Assembly (NCBI GenBank): GCA_965203555.1
Contig: CBDBCY010000004.1
Location: 2,816,001 to 2,880,000, forward strand
Origin: Acidimicrobiia bacterium
GTDB lineage: Bacteria; Actinomycetota; Acidimicrobiia; Spongiisociales; ZC4RG35
DNA length: 64,000 nucleotides
Direction: 5' to 3'
Position numbers and translations under genes: made by a program. Below are positions 58,730-64,000 of this stretch, piece by piece. Numbering within the stretch: the first letter of the stretch is position 1; the number at the start of each line of letters is the position of its first letter. Under the pieces are notes generated by a model, which was not told the DNA's origin, searched no databases, and saw only the letters and a program-made list of their open reading frames with translations.

Positions 58730-59262
58730 TCAGCCCGGTTTTTGTTCGTGCTCCTTCCAGGCTTGGTCGATGATGTAGGTAGTAGCGGCCGGGATCATCC
58801 GGGAGGGGTATGCGTCCTGGACCAGTCGGTATAGCTCTGCCCGCCTTTTTATGTCTGATGCGGCCAGCAACGCTGGGATGTCCCATTTGTCCACGTCGCG
58901 GGCGGACACCAGTTTCATGGCCAGGACGTATCGGGCAGGAACAGCGTACACCCTTAGCCGTGTCCCCTCGAACACGAGTATCGGATCTTCTACCCGGACA
59001 GCTGGGGCTTTGAGTTTGGCGGCGTCGTTGAACCAGCCCGGTTCCAGGTCATAGTCGCGGGCGACCCGGGCTACAGCGGGGTCATGCCTTCGGACACGAC
59101 GTCCACGTCGTTGGTGATGCGCTGGTCGTCCCATAACAGGGCCACCGCCGCACCGCCGGCGATCATCACATCGTGATTTCTGTCTGTGAGTTCGTAGAGC
59201 TGCGCGTCGACTTCTGTGAACAGTTCAATGATGCGCCGGGGGGTTAGGTCCAAGGAAGCCAC
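58730..59262 (-). pseudogene. DUF6036/AbiEii-like nucleotidyltransferase, frameshift near 59080
   Basis: 'IAGGAAVAL...RITNDVDV' then 'WFNDAA', 'YVLAMKLVSARDVDKWDI'. Confidence 0.75.
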
Positions 59263-59729
59263 CAGTCAGGGGTGCCTTTGTCCAAGATCCGAGGATGGAA
59301 AAAGACCCGATGGTGAACACAGGTGGGGGGAGCCTGTTCCATTGCCCGCTTCCAGAAAAAGGAATCGTGTTCCCCCGGTTCGCAAAGCAGCACCCAGTCC
59401 TCGGCAAGGCGGTGTTCCCACACCCACTCTGGAACCGTCAGGTTCGCCCGATCCGCAAGGGCGTGAACAACCGCGGCTATCGAGGGAAGAAGATACCGGT
59501 CAGGGCCCTTATAGGAAGGAGCCTCCTTGATCATGGCCACCTTAGAGGGGGAACGGTTCCAATCAGCGACGAACTGCAACAACGGCGTCCTATAAGCCTG
59601 GAACAGGGTTTCGCCCACCATGTGAGGCGGCAACTCGGCTGCTGTGCGACGGCGTACCCGAAAGGAAGGCTCTCCTCTGGTAGGTGCCTTGGATGAAGGA
59701 CGGATAGGAAAGGTCAACTTGCCAGCCAC
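59244..59729 (-). CDS. Hypothetical antitoxin-like partner of the DUF6036 gene
   Basis: 'QFVADW...EAP...LLPSIAAVVHALADR...PEWV...PPT...HRVFF'; overlaps the NTase start; start uncertain. Confidence 0.55.
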   Translation of the reverse strand: MAGKLTFPIRPSSKAPTRGEPSFRVRRRTAAELPPHMVGETLFQAYRTPLLQFVADWNRSPSKVAMIKEAPSYKGPDRYLLPSIAAVVHALADRANLTVPEWVWEHRLAEDWVLLCEPGEHDSFFWKRAMEQAPPTCVHHRVFFHPRILDKGTPDWWLPWT

Positions 59730-59912
59730 AACTGTGTTTTTCTCCGTTCCTTGAGTGTAAAGGACACCCACCCCACACACTTGGGGGAATGTCTGACCGT
59801 TCATCGCAGGCAACCAATCATGGACAATCCCCAGGCGGTCTGTGTTTTGAATACCCCGGGGGGATTCAGGGACCGAAAGGAGACCTGCTAGCCTAAAACC
59901 ACCCAACCAGGG

Positions 59913-59960
59913 TGGAGAATTTCGATGATCGACTCTGGGGATTTTCGATGATCGTCATCA
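59913..59960 (+). mobile_element. IS21-like terminal remnant
   Basis: Two 19 bp direct repeats tggagaatttcgatgatcg / tggggattttcgatgatcg ending in tcatCA. Confidence 0.55.
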
Positions 59961-59982
59961 GCAGTTACCCCCCAAAACGGTG

Positions 59983-60155
59983 TCACGGGAGGACAACCCC
60001 TCCGACGAGCGGGTAGTGGCCGCGTTGGGTCGGAACGCCAAACCACCGACCCACCACAACGCCCTTCACCACTCACAAGTCCGATCTGCGATCAACACGA
60101 TCAAGACCGCCGACGCGTACTGGGCCGCTAAGGCGGCGCTGCGGTTCACATTTAT
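59983..60155 (+). pseudogene. Tyrosine integrase central fragment
   Basis: 'REDNPSDERVVAALG...HHNALHHSQVRSAINTIKTADAYWAAKAALRF'. Confidence 0.65.
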
Positions 60156-60245
60156 GTCGAAAAGTTATACAAAATCCCTATGAAGTTAAGATAAAATCTC
60201 TATACTTTACGTGTGAAACCGGACTGCGAACCTTAGGAGACCACA

Positions 60246-60749
60246 ATGAGCTTTCCAGATGCCATAGGGAGCGTGCTGAGGCAGTATGTCGTGTTCGGGG
60301 GCCGGGCGGCAAGGTCCGAGTATTGGTGGTGGGTGCTGGCCGTGTTCATCAGCCAAGTGATAGTCAACATAGTTGGCAATGCCATTGACACTCCGATCCT
60401 GGGTGTGATATTCTGGCTTGGGGTCCTGGTTCCGTCTCTGGCCGTTGCGACTCGTCGGCTCCATGACACTGGTAGGAGAGGCTCATGGCTAGTACTCTGG
60501 ATCGGGATTTACGCCATCCTGGGCATTATTTTGATCGTTAGCGCCGGGGCGCTCATTATGGGGTTGATGTTGGGGTTCGGGGCTGCAACGTCGTTTGAGG
60601 AGGTAATGGTCGGCGGAGCTATCGGTGTCGTGGTGTCGGCGATAGGGATGCTGCCTATAGCGATCTGGTCTATTGTCTGGTTGGCCGGGAAGGGAGACGA
60701 CGGCCCTAACCAGTTCGGACCGGACCCTCTAGCAGCCTCCGACGCCTGA
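60246..60749 (+). CDS. DUF805 inner membrane protein
   Basis: 'YVVFGGRAARSEYWW', 'LAVATRRLHDTGR', 'GPNQFGPDP'. Confidence 0.92.
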   Translation: MSFPDAIGSVLRQYVVFGGRAARSEYWWWVLAVFISQVIVNIVGNAIDTPILGVIFWLGVLVPSLAVATRRLHDTGRRGSWLVLWIGIYAILGIILIVSAGALIMGLMLGFGAATSFEEVMVGGAIGVVVSAIGMLPIAIWSIVWLAGKGDDGPNQFGPDPLAASDA

Positions 60750-60787
60750 CGCGGTAGCGGGACAATGAAAGCACGGGGGGGTGGTTC

Positions 60788-61144
60788 ATGACAGTGGCAG
60801 TGCTCCTCGCCTGGGTGCTGGCCGGGTGTGGCGATGATGACCCGTCCGGGGTGGGGGCTGCTGCGGTGGCGTCAATGTGCCACTTTGCTCCGACGGATCA
60901 TGGTCACGGTTTCATGCATCCTGACGGAAGACATGCCGGCGACCTACCGAACATCCTCGCGGGGATCGACGGCACCGCACGGGCGGACGTTTTCTCTGAC
61001 CAGGTGACCCTGTTAGCCGATACCGACACGTCCCTGTTTGACTCAGACGGCTCAGCGATCATTATTCACGCTAAACCGGATTCCTACGGTGCTGAACCCG
61101 GCGCCGGAGACCGGGTGGCCTGCGGTGTAATACAACAGAACTGA
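60788..61144 (+). pseudogene. sodC: Cu/Zn superoxide dismutase lipoprotein with internal deletion
   Basis: Lipobox LAGC; 'HFAP..HG...HAGDLPNI', 'AIIIHA.PD', 'GAGDRVACGVI'; N-terminal strands and the GFHxH Cu ligands are absent. Confidence 0.7.
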
Positions 61145-61252
61145 AAACAGTGTGAGCATTCCGCTCATATAGGGCGGCGTCTTCGGGGGATGCAGCCGAC
61201 CTGCAGAGCACCGACGGGGTTGTGGGAATGCTGGCCACGCCTGCTCCGCAGC

Positions 61253-61361
61253 GTTCGCAACCGTTCGTTTAGGCGTTCGCAAACCGTTCGCAAAGGGTTC
61301 GTTTGGGGTGTGACCTGGGGAAACACCAACTCCGAAGTGGCAGGGTTTCGCAAACCATTCG
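61253..61361 (+). repeat. Cluster of short direct repeats GTTCGCAAACC
   Basis: gttcgcaaccgttcg 61253, gttcgcaaaccgttcgcaaagggttcg 61275, ttcgcaaaccattcg 61347. Confidence 0.65.
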
Positions 61362-61898
61362 CCGCCCGGGTCCCTCGTGATGTGTCGTAGGAGTATGCGA
61401 CGAACGCTTCGGAGAAGAGCACCCGAACGCGCTCTCGAACCGGCCTGCGCCGCTGCGAGGTTGGTGGGTGGTTGCCCACCGAAATCTGTTGTGGGCAGTC
61501 TTTAGTGCAAACGTGTGGTTGAGATACGCCCACGAAAAACCGCTTTTTCGGATCGTTCCTGCGGTCTTTCTGGGGGTGCAGGATCTGTCCGTTGTGGCCA
61601 TGTTCACCGTGACGGACTGGACCTCGGTGTTGTGCTGTCCGGTTTAGGACGCTGTTCACTGTTTGGTTTCTTCTCCAGCTCTTGCGGGAATAGTCCCGCA
61701 GCATTGTCCGGCATGCTTCCTGGCATCTCATGGTGGGGTTGGCTGGTTGTTCCTCTCGTGGCGGTTTGCTGTCGGACAGGCGGCGGGTACGAGTCTGGCT
61801 TGTCCCGGCGTTGGTGATGGCGATCACCGATGGTGTCTCGTTCCGCTGGTGCGTCTTTTCTCGGTATCATGTCTGGACAGGTTTTGGAAGGGAGCGTG

Positions 61899-62741
61899 AT
61901 GGGGCTGCGTTCACGGCTTGGGACTCTGGCGGGAGAGTGTGTGTCCCTGTGTGAGCAGGAGGATTGGCTGGGAAGCGAGACCGGAACACTGAATTATCGG
62001 CTTCTATATTCCAGTGTGGAGAGCTTCGAGCAGGGCAGTGGGTTCGCGATAGTGGGGATGAACCCGGCAGGTGGCCCCCAGCACGCCGATCCGGATGACG
62101 CTGTTCGCCCGTTCCGCGACCCCCGATATTCGGCTTATTTGGATGACCGTTGGGGCGCGGAGGCGGGCGCGGCTCGGTTACAGCGTGTGATTCAAGCGAT
62201 AGCCATGGTCTGTGTGGGTGCGACTCCGGGTGAAGCGCTGGCGGTTATAGAGGACCCGACCCCAAGTCCAGAGGGGCGTCTCAACCCGAAGGCCATGTCT
62301 TTCCTTCGGAATACGCCGTCTATGAACATCGTTCCTTTCCGGGCTTCGGTGCTTGCGGATGTTCCGCCGACTCTCCGGGAACGAGGCGAGGAGATTGGTT
62401 GGCGACTGCTCTGTTCAGCTCGTCCCAGGCTCCGTTGCATCGTGACGCTGGCGAACCAAGTTGGTGGAGTTCCATGGAGGACGATTCTGAGAGAAAGTGG
62501 TCAGCGCCGGCGGCCGGATTACGAGGAGACGATCAACAGGCGCCTGCGCCGCACCTACAGAGAAGTTCAGCTAGTGGGAGGACCACTCGCCGGAACTCTG
62601 GTTGTCGGCCTGCCTGCCATAGTCCGGGACAAGTACAGACGCGACGTAACGAAGCCGCTGTTAGAGACCCTCCAACGACGCCTCCACCACCACGGGATCC
62701 TCGGAGCTCCCACCAGCCCCGGGACCTCCAAGAGGCGTTGA
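61899..62741 (+). CDS. Hypothetical protein, uracil-DNA-glycosylase-like fold suspected
   Basis: 'FAIVGMNPAG', 'AYLDDRW', 'RLQRVIQ', 'MNIVPFRA'; GGGAG RBS. Confidence 0.5.
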   Translation: MGLRSRLGTLAGECVSLCEQEDWLGSETGTLNYRLLYSSVESFEQGSGFAIVGMNPAGGPQHADPDDAVRPFRDPRYSAYLDDRWGAEAGAARLQRVIQAIAMVCVGATPGEALAVIEDPTPSPEGRLNPKAMSFLRNTPSMNIVPFRASVLADVPPTLRERGEEIGWRLLCSARPRLRCIVTLANQVGGVPWRTILRESGQRRRPDYEETINRRLRRTYREVQLVGGPLAGTLVVGLPAIVRDKYRRDVTKPLLETLQRRLHHHGILGAPTSPGTSKRR

Positions 62742-63710
62742 CGCCGACAAAGCCCGGTGCGCCAGGTGTGTGGATTGGACAGCCCTCTTGAATTGCCGAC
62801 GGAGTTGGGCTAACGGCGGTGCTGAATTGTTGCTATGTAATCTGTCCAATAGGTCGGGCAGGTTCCATTTGAGGGTCGTCGCCTGGCGAGCCATATAGAT
62901 ACCGACTTGCTTCAGACGGTATTCGTCCTCGTAGTCCAGCAGGACATAGCCGATCAGTTGGTACAGCATAGTCTTGGTGATCGCGGGAGTAACGGTCGTC
63001 TTGACTTCCAAAAGACGATTGCCCAGAATCAAATCTGCATCAGCTCCGCCGATATGGACACTGCCTGAGAACGTCGGGTTCAGGGTGACGGGATCGGATA
63101 GGCGTTCCTTATAGCATTCATAAAACGCTTTTGACAATGAACATAGATCGTCTATCCACAGGTCGTCAGCGATCCCGAGCAAGTCACAAACGGACGACAT
63201 GCGCTCTGCAAACAGAAGATTCCCGGGATGTGGGTTGATCCGGCGCATCTGCTCAAAGAGCGCCAGAACAAAACAGAACCTATTCAGCTGTCGCTCCCGA
63301 GCAGTCCCTAGCTTTCTCCCGCTAGGGCCGATCTCCCCAACAAAAGCCTCCAGTTCGACGAAAAAACCCTCAACCAAAGTCGGCGCGAGACTATACGTCT
63401 CTTCCAGTCTCCGCCTATGCAACTGCGCACCCGTCCAAGCAACCAGATCCCTATAGGGAGTAACCGCGAAATAGTAACGCAAGCGATAATCTATCGCCAT
63501 CCCCAAGTCCCCAAACGGGACAGGCCGATCCGGCGATTCTGCAGGACGAATGGTTTCAGTCTGACCCAGTTTCTTGTTTTGTTCCCGAACAAAACCACGA
63601 GTGTTAGGCGAGTTGTCGTAGAAGAACCTGCGTATCGCATTATCAGCCATGTCGGGTGAACCCAGACGACGATGACGCGAGGGCTTATCCAAATAGGAAC
63701 TCAAAGACAC
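62661..63710 (-). CDS. Hypothetical PD-(D/E)XK (RecB-like) nuclease
   Basis: 'NPTF..S..IGGADADLI...LLEVKTT...YQLIGYVLLD...GIYMARQ'. Confidence 0.65.
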   Translation of the reverse strand: MSLSSYLDKPSRHRRLGSPDMADNAIRRFFYDNSPNTRGFVREQNKKLGQTETIRPAESPDRPVPFGDLGMAIDYRLRYYFAVTPYRDLVAWTGAQLHRRRLEETYSLAPTLVEGFFVELEAFVGEIGPSGRKLGTARERQLNRFCFVLALFEQMRRINPHPGNLLFAERMSSVCDLLGIADDLWIDDLCSLSKAFYECYKERLSDPVTLNPTFSGSVHIGGADADLILGNRLLEVKTTVTPAITKTMLYQLIGYVLLDYEDEYRLKQVGIYMARQATTLKWNLPDLLDRLHSNNSAPPLAQLRRQFKRAVQSTHLAHRALSASTPLGGPGAGGSSEDPVVVEASLEGL

Positions 63711-64000
63711 ACCTACGCTCCTCTCGCCACCCAGAGACTCACTCGCCCCCGATTTCCTTTCGCTGCAAGCAAGATCCGCGACCGCAAAATCGTAGCAGAC
63801 CGAGCTCCGCCCTCAGCTAACCCGCGAGCAGCTGCACGCTTGGCCGGTGGTCAATCCCCAATGCGGGTGTTGTTTCCCAACTTCTCCTCTAACTCCAGGT
63901 GACGGCCGGGCAGACCACCACCGGCTTAGACCGGCAGGGCTACGCCCAGGCCTCCACCCGGTCGGCCAGATACATACTTACGTCCTTGGCCAGATCCAAA

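Overview
GC-rich bacterial chromosomal window, most likely from an Actinomycetota genome of Acidimicrobiia type (inferred from mshA, a DUF222-HNH gene, a MenJ-like reductase and a split b6-type cytochrome b; not verified). Bases 1-50.4 kb are mostly metabolic or housekeeping genes: a MenJ-like reductase, rex, a divergent nucleoside (MTA/5'-deoxyadenosine-like) uptake and catabolism cluster, a small restriction-modification hotspot, nfeD-flotillin, a serine hydrolase, two tandem substrate-binding proteins, a 9.3 kb respiratory locus, the mshA operon, lutABC and phnX. Bases ~50.4-64 kb form a decaying accessory island with integrase, IS110 and IS21-like remnants, an IS1182 inserted in a protease gene, toxin-antitoxin-like nucleotidyltransferases and PD-(D/E)XK nucleases. 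The strongest novelty candidates are (i) an intact cbb3-oxidase subunit I homolog that appears to have lost all six heme/Cu histidine ligands, encoded divergently from a ferredoxin-containing b6f-like Rieske/cytb complex, with three subunits of the two operons sharing an unannotated N-terminal helical motif plus Pro-rich linker, and (ii) a DUF222-HNH nuclease gene enclosed by IS-like terminal inverted repeats with a TA duplication and no transposase. Many single-base frameshifts in short homopolymers suggest assembly indel errors. All family calls are from motif recognition, not database searches.
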